From: Angustibacter luteus
GTDB taxonomy: Bacteria; Actinomycetota; Actinomycetes; Actinomycetales; Angustibacteraceae
NCBI RefSeq assembly: GCF_039541115.1
Contig: NZ_BAABFP010000002.1
Location: 372,001 to 436,000, forward strand
Length of the DNA stretch: 64,000 nt
Reading direction: 5' to 3'
Shown: positions 38,819 through 47,077 of the stretch, piece after piece
How positions within the stretch are numbered: position 1 is the stretch's first letter
Layout of the letters: every line of letters starts with the position of its first letter
The notes under the pieces: model-generated
Database searches by the model: none
Seen by the model: the letters and a program-made list of their open reading frames with translations, nothing else
Told to the model about the DNA's origin: nothing
Program-made: the position numbers and the translations under genes

Positions 38819-38880
38819 GACCCGCTCCTGGTGCTCGGTGGACTATGCGTCGAGCATCGCCCCGGAGCCGTCGTCCCGTC

Positions 38881-38898
38881 ATCGGTCAGATGACCGAT
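38881..38898. promoter_or_regulatory. Perfect 8-2-8 palindrome, putative LuxR operator
   Basis: ATCGGTCA-GA-TGACCGAT between the divergent DUF4242 and AAA-LuxR genes. Confidence 0.6.
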
Positions 38899-38919
38899 CC
38901 TGGCGGCCGCAGAGAGCAG

Positions 38920-38963
38920 ATCGTGGCAACCGCGCATCGCCCGTGATGCGAGGTTGCCACGAT
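38920..38963. repeat. Stem-loop with 19-bp arms (one mismatch), REP-like
   Basis: ATCGTGGCAACCGCGCATC-GCCCGT-GATGCGAGGTTGCCACGAT. Confidence 0.75.
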
Positions 38964-39011
38964 GTGGTGGGGACGCGAGCAGGGTGGCTACGGTGACGGC
39001 GAGGAGGTGAC

Positions 39012-41900
39012 GTGTCCGGACGTGACGTGGTGGCCTCGCCCGTCCTGGTCGGTCGCGACGAGCTGCTCGCCCTCGCCGGGCGACGGCTCGAGCAGGCTGC
39101 CGCCGGCCACGGGCACCTGCTCTTCGTGGCCGGCGAGGCCGGCATCGGGAAGAGCCGGCTGCTGGGTTCGGTCTCCCGCAGCGCCGAGCGGCTCGGCTTC
39201 TCGGTACTGCGCGCCACGGCGTTCCCGGGCGACCAGCAGGACTCCGGCGGGGTGCTGCTCGACCTGGCGGGCGACCTGCGCCGGGCCGGCGACGACGCCG
39301 CCCGGTCCGCCGGAGCCGTGCTGGCGGAGCGGCTGCGCGAACCCCAGCGCCGGGAGGGCGACCGGCACCGCCGGCGACGGCTGCTGGTGCAGGACCTGTC
39401 CGACGCGCTGACCGACCTGGACGACGTCCCCCGGCTCATCGTGCTGGAGGACCTGCACTGGGCGGACCAGCTCAGCCTGGAGGTGGTCGCCCATCTCGCG
39501 ACGCGGCTGCCGGGCCGGGCGTGCCTCATGCTGGGGGCCTACCGCAGCGACGAGCTGTACCCGCGGACGGCGATGCGCGACTGGCGGTCCCGGTTGCTGT
39601 CCGGGCGGCTGGCCGAGGAGGTCCGGCTGCCCCGGATGACGGCCGCCCAGACGGCGACGCTGGCGAGCGCCGTCCTGGGTCGACCGGCGCCGGCCCAGGT
39701 CGTCGCGGCCATCCACGACCGCAGCGACGGCATCCCGCTGCACATCGAGGAGCTGCTCGCTGCGGCCACCGACGAGGCGACGGGAGTGGTCCGGGAGCCG
39801 GACCTGCGGCACGTCCCCGACACGCTCGCCGACGCCGTCCTGGCGCGGGCCGCGGCGCTGCCCGACGACGTCCGGGCGATGGCGTCGGCGGCCGCGGTCA
39901 TCGGCCGGTCGTTCGACGTCGACCTGCTCGCCGACGTGACGGCGGCGGACGCCGAGACCGTGGACCGCTGCCTGCGCGAGCTGCGCTCGGTGTACCTGGT
40001 CCGGACGGGTGCCGGCCCGGCCGGGTTCGACTTCCGGCACGCCCTGATCCGGGACGCCCTCTACGACGACGTGCCGCTCCCCCGGCGCCGGTTGCTGCAC
40101 GAGCGGGTGGCCGAGGCCGCCGTCCGCCGCGGGTACCCGGATGCGTTCGTGTCCGCGCACTACGACCAGGCCGGGATGTCGGAACCGGCCTACCGGCACG
40201 CGCGGGCTGCGGCCCGCGCCGCCGCGACCATCTCGGCGCACCGCGAGGCGCTCGAGCTGGACCGACGGGCCCTGCGGAACGCGCCCGCCGACGTCGCACC
40301 GGCCGAGCTGGCGGACCTGCTCGCCGCGCTGGCGGGTGAGGCCGCCGCGGTGGACGACAACGACAGCGCGTGCGAGGCGTTCGAGCGGGCGCACGACCTG
40401 CGCCGCGCGGACGGTGACCTGGTCGGCGCGGCGGCCCTGGTCGCGCCGCTGGTCTCGGTGACCCACCTGCTCGGCGAGAGCCTGCCGCTGCGGGTGCGCC
40501 GGCTGCAGTCGGCGCTGGACAGCATCGAGGGGCTGCCGGACGCCGAACCGGTCCGGGCCGGGCTGCTGAGCGGCCTGGCCGCCGCGTACATGCTGGATCG
40601 CCGGCTCGAGGAGTCGATCCGGTACGGCGAGCTCAGCCGCGCGCTGGTCCAGGGAAGCAGCCACGGGAGCGGCGGCGAGCGGGCCGCCGACCTGAACACC
40701 GCCGCCACCCTCGGCTCCGTGCTGCTGTTCACCGGTCAGCTGGACGCCGGTCACGCGCTGCTCGAGGAGTCGATCACCCGGGCGGTCCAGGGGCACGAGG
40801 AGGCCGAGGCCGGGCGCGGCTACCGCATGCTCGGCACCTCGGCGTCAGTGCTGGTCGAGTACGAGCGGGCGGCCGGCTGGCTGCGGCGGGGCATCGACTA
40901 CGCGGACGCGGTGGAGCTGTGGAACCACCGCAGCTACATGAGCGCGCACCTGGCGCACGTGCACTGGGCGCGCGGCGAGTGGGCCGAGGCCGAGCAGACG
41001 GCCGAGCACGCCCTGGCGGACGGGCGGGGCGGGATCACCACCCGGATCACCGCGCTCTACGTGCTGGGGTACGTCCAGCTCGGTCGGGGCGAGCTGGACG
41101 CCGCCGACGACCTGCTGGCCCAGGCCCTGCAGCTGGGCGAGTCGATGGCCGAGCTGCAACGGATCTCGCCGCCGCTGTGGGGACTGGCGCAGAGCGCGGC
41201 GCTGCGCGGGGACCACGCCCGCGCCGTCGAGCTGTGCGAGCGCGGCTACGCGCTGTCCCGGGAGGTGGCGGACGCGGCGTACCTGTTCCCGTTCCTGGTG
41301 ACCGGCGTGCGGGCGCACCTGAGCTCCGACGGGAGTGGCGGGCTCGCGCGCGACTGGTTCGGCCAGGTGCGGGACGCGTTGGTGGCCCGGTCGATTCCCG
41401 GCACCCTGCCGGCCGTGGACCACGCGCGGGGACTGCTCGAGCTCGACTCCGGTGACCTCACGGCCGCCGACGCGAGCCTGACGGACGCCGCCGCGGCCTG
41501 GGGCGCACTGGGTCGGTTCTGGGAGGGTTCCTGGGCGGTCCTGGACCAGGCCACCGCTGCGGTTCTCGGACGTCGTCCGGCGCAGGCCGTGGCCCTGGCC
41601 GAGCAGGTCCGCGCGAGTGCCGGACCGGTCGCGGCGCGGCCCCTGCTCGACGCGGCCGGCGCGGTGCTGGAGCAGGCCCGACCGAAAGCGGCGACCACCC
41701 GCTGGCACCCGTTGAGCGAGCGCGAGTTCGAGGTCGCCGCCCTGGTCGCCGAGGGGCTGACGAACCGGCAGATCGCCGAACGGCTGTTCCTGTCGCCGCG
41801 GACCGTGTCCGCCCACGTCGAGCACATCCTCAGCAAGCTGGGCGCCGCCCGACGCGCCGAGATCGCCGCCTGGGCGAGCCGGCGGCCCGCGGAGGGCTAG
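39012..41900 (+). CDS. Large ATP-binding LuxR-family regulator (AAA/STAND, TPR-like, LuxR HTH)
   Basis: LVGRDELL, GEAGIGKS, LEDLHWAD, FRHALIRD, LSEREFEVA...TVSAHVEHILSKL; GAGGAGG RBS. Confidence 0.93.
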   Translation: MSGRDVVASPVLVGRDELLALAGRRLEQAAAGHGHLLFVAGEAGIGKSRLLGSVSRSAERLGFSVLRATAFPGDQQDSGGVLLDLAGDLRRAGDDAARSAGAVLAERLREPQRREGDRHRRRRLLVQDLSDALTDLDDVPRLIVLEDLHWADQLSLEVVAHLATRLPGRACLMLGAYRSDELYPRTAMRDWRSRLLSGRLAEEVRLPRMTAAQTATLASAVLGRPAPAQVVAAIHDRSDGIPLHIEELLAAATDEATGVVREPDLRHVPDTLADAVLARAAALPDDVRAMASAAAVIGRSFDVDLLADVTAADAETVDRCLRELRSVYLVRTGAGPAGFDFRHALIRDALYDDVPLPRRRLLHERVAEAAVRRGYPDAFVSAHYDQAGMSEPAYRHARAAARAAATISAHREALELDRRALRNAPADVAPAELADLLAALAGEAAAVDDNDSACEAFERAHDLRRADGDLVGAAALVAPLVSVTHLLGESLPLRVRRLQSALDSIEGLPDAEPVRAGLLSGLAAAYMLDRRLEESIRYGELSRALVQGSSHGSGGERAADLNTAATLGSVLLFTGQLDAGHALLEESITRAVQGHEEAEAGRGYRMLGTSASVLVEYERAAGWLRRGIDYADAVELWNHRSYMSAHLAHVHWARGEWAEAEQTAEHALADGRGGITTRITALYVLGYVQLGRGELDAADDLLAQALQLGESMAELQRISPPLWGLAQSAALRGDHARAVELCERGYALSREVADAAYLFPFLVTGVRAHLSSDGSGGLARDWFGQVRDALVARSIPGTLPAVDHARGLLELDSGDLTAADASLTDAAAAWGALGRFWEGSWAVLDQATAAVLGRRPAQAVALAEQVRASAGPVAARPLLDAAGAVLEQARPKAATTRWHPLSEREFEVAALVAEGLTNRQIAERLFLSPRTVSAHVEHILSKLGAARRAEIAAWASRRPAEG

Positions 41901-42259
41901 CGGACGGCTGACCGCCAGAGCCGGTGCGTCACCAGGGCCAGCGAGAGGGCGCCGACGCCGACCGCGACCAGCCGGGAGCCACGAAGCGGACCGGCGGCCT
42001 CGGCCTGCATCACCCCGCCCTGGGACTGCCAGGACAGGACGCCGGACCCGGACTGCCCGGACATCAGTGAACCGTTGCTCTGCCAGGACAGGGCGGACAC
42101 CATCGACTGCGCGGACCCGATCGACAGCAGGGACATCGCCGACCCCACGGACCCGATGGACAGCACCGACCCGATGGAGCCGATGGACAGCACCGACCCG
42201 GTCGACCCGATGGACAGCACCGAGCCCTCGGACCACAACGACCAGCGGGAACCGTCCAC
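41897..42259 (-). CDS. Small protein with Ser-x-x (9-residue SVLSIGSxG) repeats and C-terminal TM anchor
   Basis: SVLSIGSTG SVLSIGSIG SVLSIGSVG...; TAGCGT -10-like hexamer 6 nt before the GTG. Confidence 0.7.
   Translation of the reverse strand: MDGSRWSLWSEGSVLSIGSTGSVLSIGSIGSVLSIGSVGSAMSLLSIGSAQSMVSALSWQSNGSLMSGQSGSGVLSWQSQGGVMQAEAAGPLRGSRLVAVGVGALSLALVTHRLWRSAVR
42008..42250 (-). repeat. 27-bp-period coding repeat (about 9 degenerate units)
   Basis: CCGATGGACAGCACCGA recurs every 27 bp on the + strand. Confidence 0.8.
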
Positions 42260-42290
42260 GTGCGAACGCTACCGAACGCGCCGCTGCGCG

Positions 42291-42650
42291 TCAGGCCGCG
42301 GCGAGCGCTTCCGGCCGGGCGGCGTCGTCCAGCACCAGCCGGTCGAGCTCGTCGAGGTCGAGGACGTCCTGCGCCACCGCCGCCGCTGCCGCCGCCGTCC
42401 GCTGCTCGCGCCAGGCCCACACGCCCAGCACGACGCTGACCGGGAAGGTCACGTAGCCCGGGGCGCCGATCTCCGGCGTCGAGGTGACCCAGCCGTAGGA
42501 CAACCACAGCGCCGCCGTCGCCGCGCCGAGCGCCCAGCCGTACGGCGACCCGCTCGGTCGTCGCTCCCGGATCGCCTGGACCAGGTGCGGCAGGATCGCC
42601 ACGGTTGCCAGGAGGTTGCCGATGAGGGCGATGAGGCCGGGGGCGGACAC
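42291..42650 (-). CDS. PQ-loop/SemiSWEET-like three-TM protein
   Basis: IGNLLATVAILPHLVQAIRERRPSGS...LWLSYG; PH in place of PQ; GTG start inferred. Confidence 0.5.
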   Translation of the reverse strand: MSAPGLIALIGNLLATVAILPHLVQAIRERRPSGSPYGWALGAATAALWLSYGWVTSTPEIGAPGYVTFPVSVVLGVWAWREQRTAAAAAAVAQDVLDLDELDRLVLDDAARPEALAAA

Positions 42651-42823
42651 AGCAGTCAACTTTCGGGAGCAGGCGTGGCGACGGCGCCCCCGCAACGTGC
42701 GGGCGCGCCGAAGGGCTGGCGCGAGGACCGCGCCGAACAGGGGGACTTCTTCCCTGTCGGCAGGCCTCGCGCCAGCCTGAACCCGGCCCGCGGCGGTGGT
42801 GCTGTGAGCCCGGCCACACGGCC

Positions 42824-43723
42824 CTACGCGTGCGGGCAGGTGTCCCGGTACTCGAGGATCAGCGTGGACGGCGCCGGCGCCGGGCAGAGGAACTGGTCGT
42901 AGCGGGTGTCGTCGTCCACGAACCGCTTGAGCCACGCGATCGTGTACTTCGCCGTCGTGGTGTCGGCGCTCGTCGGGAAACCGTGGCTCGCGCCGCGCCG
43001 CTCCAGGTACGCCTTGTCGGGCGCGTTGGTCATCGACGCGTAGAACCGCTCGGCGTGGCTGGCGACCGGCGCCGTGGTGTCCCGCTCACCGCCGAAGATG
43101 AGCGTCGGCACCCGGACGCTGCTCCAGGTCTTGGTGGTGTCCCACGGTGTCAGCGGCACCGACGCCTGCAGCGTGGGTCGCTTCGCCGTGGCCTCGATCG
43201 CGCCGCCGCCGCCCATCGAGTGGCCGCCGACCGCGAGTCGGGTTGGGTCGATCCGGGTGCGCACGGAGCTGCTCTTGGTCAGGTAGTCCAGGGCGGCGAG
43301 CAGCTGGGTGCCTCGGGATGCGGGCTGGTCGTATACGGACAGCGTGTCGATGACGATCACGACGAAGCCCTGCGAGGCCAGCCGCGGGCCGAGCCAGCTG
43401 AGCGCGGACTGGCTGGAGGTGAAGCCGGGCGAGAGCGCGACGGCGCCGAAGGTGCCCTGGGCGGTGCTGGTCGGGTAGGTGATCGTCCCGCCGCCGAACC
43501 CGCTGACGGCGGACCGCGCCACGGTGGTCTGGGCGACGGCGAACGAGCCGCGGGTGGCCTCGATGCTCGCGGTGGTCGGCGCCGGTCCGCGTTCGTAGGG
43601 GTTGGCCGCTGCGCGCGGGACCTCGCGGTCCACGGTGGCGGCGCCGGTAGTCGCGGTGGTGACGACGAGTCCGACGGCGGCGGCGGTGGCGAGAGCGGTC
43701 AGGACGTTCCGATGTCTGCGCAC
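42824..43723 (-). CDS. Secreted cutinase/lipase, PET-hydrolase-like (dienelactone hydrolase family)
   Basis: Signal peptide, ANPYERGPAPT, GFGGGTITYP, SPGFT, GHSMGGGG, LTPW, ERDTTAP, GASH, WLKRFVDDDTRYDQFLC...TCP. Confidence 0.93.
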   Translation of the reverse strand: MRRHRNVLTALATAAAVGLVVTTATTGAATVDREVPRAAANPYERGPAPTTASIEATRGSFAVAQTTVARSAVSGFGGGTITYPTSTAQGTFGAVALSPGFTSSQSALSWLGPRLASQGFVVIVIDTLSVYDQPASRGTQLLAALDYLTKSSSVRTRIDPTRLAVGGHSMGGGGAIEATAKRPTLQASVPLTPWDTTKTWSSVRVPTLIFGGERDTTAPVASHAERFYASMTNAPDKAYLERRGASHGFPTSADTTTAKYTIAWLKRFVDDDTRYDQFLCPAPAPSTLILEYRDTCPHA

Positions 43724-43785
43724 GGTCCTCTTGCTCCTTCGGGTGGGGGTGGGATCACAGTGCCTGCGGCGGACGTGGTTCCGGT

Positions 43786-43803
43786 ATCGGCGAAATCACC
43801 GGT
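43786..43803. promoter_or_regulatory. Imperfect palindrome, putative LuxR operator for the cutinase gene
   Basis: ATCGGCGAAATCACCGGT; 13 of 18 positions identical to the 38881-38898 palindrome. Confidence 0.5.
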
Positions 43804-43891
43804 TTGTGGCGAAACCTTGTGCGTGCCCGCTGCCGTCGTGTTTCATCGACCCGAACCCCTCGCCCGCGCGCCGCCCACCGCTGGAGGTCCG

Positions 43892-45397
43892 ATGTCGACG
43901 CGGGACGCGAGGTCGACGTCCGAGCGGGACGTCGACGGCGAGAAGGCCTTGCGACGCGGCGAGGGCGAGCTGCGGGACGGTGAGCCGGGGGTGGCGGCCC
44001 GCCAGCTGGCGGTGGCCGCGCAGCGGCTGACCGGCGAGCGGCGCGGGGTCGCGGTGATGCTGGCCGCCGAGGCGCACCGGATGGCCGGGGACGTCACGGA
44101 CTACGCGGACCTCGCCCGGCTGACCGCGGGTGAGGACGTGCCGCCGGTGGTGCGCTCGTACGTCGCCGGCGTGGTCGCCGTCTCGGCCGGAGACCACTCC
44201 GCCGCCGTCCGCGCGTTGCGCACCGTGCTGGACGCCGGGCGCGCGGACAGCAACGTCCGAGAGTCGTTGTGGCTCACCGAGACCGCGCTGCTGCTGGGCG
44301 AGGCCGACCGGTGCTTCGAGCACGCAACGGCGGCGGTCAGCCGGGCCCGGCTGACGGGTGACGCGGAGCTTCTGCCGACCGCGCTGGCCCAGTACGGCGC
44401 GGCGGCTCTGGTCCTGGACAGGAACCGGGCCGCCGTCGCCGCCTGCTCGGCCGGAGTGGTTGCGGCACAGGCAGTCGGGCAGCGCAACAGCCTGGCCGAG
44501 AACCTCGTGATGCAGGCCGTTGCGGCCATCGCCCGCGGTGAGCGCGACGTGGCCCTGGACCTCGTGACGGCCGCCCTGCCGGGCATCGGGCAGCGCGGCC
44601 TGGGCAAGCAGGCCGCCTGGGCGACGTGGACGCTCGCGTGCGTGGACCTGCTGGACGAGCGACCCGACGAAGCGCTGGGTCGGTTGCGCACGATGGCCAC
44701 CGGGCTGGGCCGGGCCCACCCGGCGATGCGGGTGATCATCGCGCCGCAGCTCGTCGAGGCCGCCGTGCGCTGCGACCGCGCGACCGAGGCGGCGGCGGCG
44801 CTGGCCGCGTTCGAGCACTGGGTGGGCTGGTCCGCGAACCCCAGCTGGCTGGCGCAGGTCCATCGCTGTCACGCCCTGCTCACCGACGACGACGCCGTGG
44901 CGGCCGAGCACTTCGAGACCTCGATCGCGCTGCACTGCCAGGCCGGGTCGACCCTCGAGCTCGGGCGCACGAAGCTGCACTACGCCCGGCGGCTGCGTCG
45001 CGAGCGCCTGCCGTCGGCGGCCCGCGAGCACCTGCGGGATGCGTTGCGGCTGTTCCAGACCGAGGACGCCGGGTACTGGGCCGAGCAGGTCCGGGCCGAG
45101 CTGCGAGCCACGGGCGCTCCCGACGTCGACGGCGGCAGCGCCGGGTCGGGCGCGGCCGCGCTCGCGCTGAGCCCGCAGCAGGCGCAGGTGGCCCGGCTGG
45201 TCGCCGACGGCCTCACGAACCGGGAGATCGCCCGCTCGATGAGCATCAGCTCGCGGACCGTCGACCACCACCTGCGCAACATCTTCGCCCGGCTCGGCGC
45301 GCGCTCTCGGGTGGAGGTCGCGACGGCCTGGCTCAGGTTCTCGGTGGCGCGCCCGACCACGCCCGGGCCAGCAGGTCCACCAGATCCAGCCGGCTGA
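43892..45397 (+). CDS. LuxR-family regulator (helical sensor plus C-terminal HTH, no AAA domain)
   Basis: GGAGG before ATG 43892; LSPQQAQVARLVADGLTNREIA...TVDHHLRNIFARL. Confidence 0.88.
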   Translation: MSTRDARSTSERDVDGEKALRRGEGELRDGEPGVAARQLAVAAQRLTGERRGVAVMLAAEAHRMAGDVTDYADLARLTAGEDVPPVVRSYVAGVVAVSAGDHSAAVRALRTVLDAGRADSNVRESLWLTETALLLGEADRCFEHATAAVSRARLTGDAELLPTALAQYGAAALVLDRNRAAVAACSAGVVAAQAVGQRNSLAENLVMQAVAAIARGERDVALDLVTAALPGIGQRGLGKQAAWATWTLACVDLLDERPDEALGRLRTMATGLGRAHPAMRVIIAPQLVEAAVRCDRATEAAAALAAFEHWVGWSANPSWLAQVHRCHALLTDDDAVAAEHFETSIALHCQAGSTLELGRTKLHYARRLRRERLPSAAREHLRDALRLFQTEDAGYWAEQVRAELRATGAPDVDGGSAGSGAAALALSPQQAQVARLVADGLTNREIARSMSISSRTVDHHLRNIFARLGARSRVEVATAWLRFSVARPTTPGPAGPPDPAG

Positions 45398-46412
45398 CCG
45401 GCCGAGGGTTCGCGTAGGGCGCGGACAGCACCTGGTCGACGACCGTGGTCAGGTCGGTCTCGGGCATGCCGAGCGAGCGCAGCGACGACGGCGCCCCCAG
45501 CAGCGCAGCGAGCTCGTACAGCTGCGCGCCCGCCGACCCCGGACCGCCCAGCGCCTGCTCCAGCCGGCTGGCGACGTCCGGTACGGCGGGCAGGTTGAGC
45601 GCCAGCACGTGCGGCAGGACGACGGTGTGGGTGGCGGCGTGCGGCAGCGAGGACACGCCCCCCAGGGCGTGGCACAGCCGGTGGTGCAGCGACATCGTGG
45701 TGGCGCCCAGGCAGGCGCCGCACAGCCAGGCGCCGTAGAGCGCGCTCGTGCGGGCGCCCAGATCCGTTGGCGCAGAGACGATCCTCGGCAGGGCGCGGAC
45801 GAGCCGGCGGATGCCGTCGTCGGCCATCAGCGAGACCACCGGGCTGCGGTCGGGCGCGTAGAGCGCCTCGGCGGCGTGCGCGAGGGCGTTCATCCCGCTG
45901 GTCACGGACACCTCGACGGGCAGCGACAGGGTCAGCGCCGGGTCGTAGAGCACGCTGACCGGCAGCACCCGCCGGTCGCGTCCGGTGCGTTTCGTCGTCC
46001 CGTCGCTGATCCCCCAGATGGACGTCATCTCGGACCCGGCGTACGTCGTCGGGACGGCGACGACGGGCAGCCCGGTCGTCAGGGCCACCGCCTTGGCGAG
46101 ACCGATCGCCGACCCGCCACCCACGGCCAGCAGACCGTCGGCGCCCAGTCGCTGCGCCTCGGCTCGGGCCCGGTCGGCGTCCTCCTGCGGGACGTGCATC
46201 CGCGCCCCATCGAGCAGCCCAGCACGCCTGTGCCGCAACGGTTCCGACAGGCGCTCGGCGAGCTCGCGGTGCCCAGGCGTGCACACGACGAGCAGTGAAC
46301 CGAGCGTGAGGTCGTCGACCTCCGCCACGAGGTCGCCGGCCACGCCCGGTCCGAACCGGACGCGCATCGGCAGCGCCTCGTAGCGGAACGGTTCCGGCGG
46401 GTCACTGCTCAC
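45333..46412 (-). CDS. Maleylacetate reductase (iron-containing alcohol dehydrogenase family)
   Basis: RVRFGPG, ARMHVP, GGGSAIGLAKA, PTTYAGSEMT, NALAHAAEALY, LHHRLCHALGG, PHAATH. Confidence 0.92.
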   Translation of the reverse strand: MSSDPPEPFRYEALPMRVRFGPGVAGDLVAEVDDLTLGSLLVVCTPGHRELAERLSEPLRHRRAGLLDGARMHVPQEDADRARAEAQRLGADGLLAVGGGSAIGLAKAVALTTGLPVVAVPTTYAGSEMTSIWGISDGTTKRTGRDRRVLPVSVLYDPALTLSLPVEVSVTSGMNALAHAAEALYAPDRSPVVSLMADDGIRRLVRALPRIVSAPTDLGARTSALYGAWLCGACLGATTMSLHHRLCHALGGVSSLPHAATHTVVLPHVLALNLPAVPDVASRLEQALGGPGSAGAQLYELAALLGAPSSLRSLGMPETDLTTVVDQVLSAPYANPRPVSRLDLVDLLARAWSGAPPRT

Positions 46413-46550
46413 GTGAGGAGTGGATCGCACGGGCGCGGCCCGGGTCAACGGGCGCATCAGGATTTTCTTGCGCTGACAACTACCACCCCGGGCGCGCCGG
46501 AGTTACGATGCGCAGGTCGGCGCGAGGACGCGCCCCCGAGGAGGTCGCAG

Positions 46551-47063
46551 ATGCCCACGGACGACGAGCTGGTCACCCTCGAGGCCCGACGCGGCGAGCT
46601 GCGCGAGCAGTACCTCACGCCGGCAGCGGACCGGCCGGCCACCATCGGGCGCGGTATCCACCACGCGGCCCTGATCTGCTCGGACGTCGAGCAGACGATC
46701 CGGTTCTACCAGGACCTGCTTGGCTTCCCGCTGATCGAGCTGGTCGAGAACCGCGACTACCCGGGCTCGTCGCACTTCTTCTTCGACCTGGGCAACCAGA
46801 CCCTGCTGGGCTTCTTCGACTTCCCCGGGCTCGGTCTCGAGCCGGGCATCGAGGCCATCGGCGGGGTGCAGCACATCGCGATCTCCGTACCCCGGGACCA
46901 GTGGGAGCTGGCCCAGCAGCGGTTGGACGCGGCCGGCGTCCCCTACGGAGGCCCCGACCAGGGGATCGAGGAGTCGATGTACCTCAAGGACCCCGACGGC
47001 ATCCAGATCGAGCTGCTCAGCGACCCGCTCATGTACTTCGGCGGACGCCAGCTCGACGAGTAG
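46551..47063 (+). CDS. VOC/glyoxalase family protein
   Basis: GIHHAALICSD...FYQDLLGF, HIAI, YLKDPDGIQIEL; GAGGAGG RBS. Confidence 0.88.
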   Translation: MPTDDELVTLEARRGELREQYLTPAADRPATIGRGIHHAALICSDVEQTIRFYQDLLGFPLIELVENRDYPGSSHFFFDLGNQTLLGFFDFPGLGLEPGIEAIGGVQHIAISVPRDQWELAQQRLDAAGVPYGGPDQGIEESMYLKDPDGIQIELLSDPLMYFGGRQLDE

Positions 47064-47077
47064 AGAGGCGCCAAGTC

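Noticed and set aside
42008..42250. Regular DNA repeats as a possible CRISPR array
   Set aside because: The period is 27 bp, in frame with a protein, with no unique 30-40 bp spacers and no cas genes.
42830..45397. Apparent 855-aa LuxR fusion
   Set aside because: The first 354 codons are antisense to the cutinase; the real start is ATG 43892 with a GGAGG RBS.
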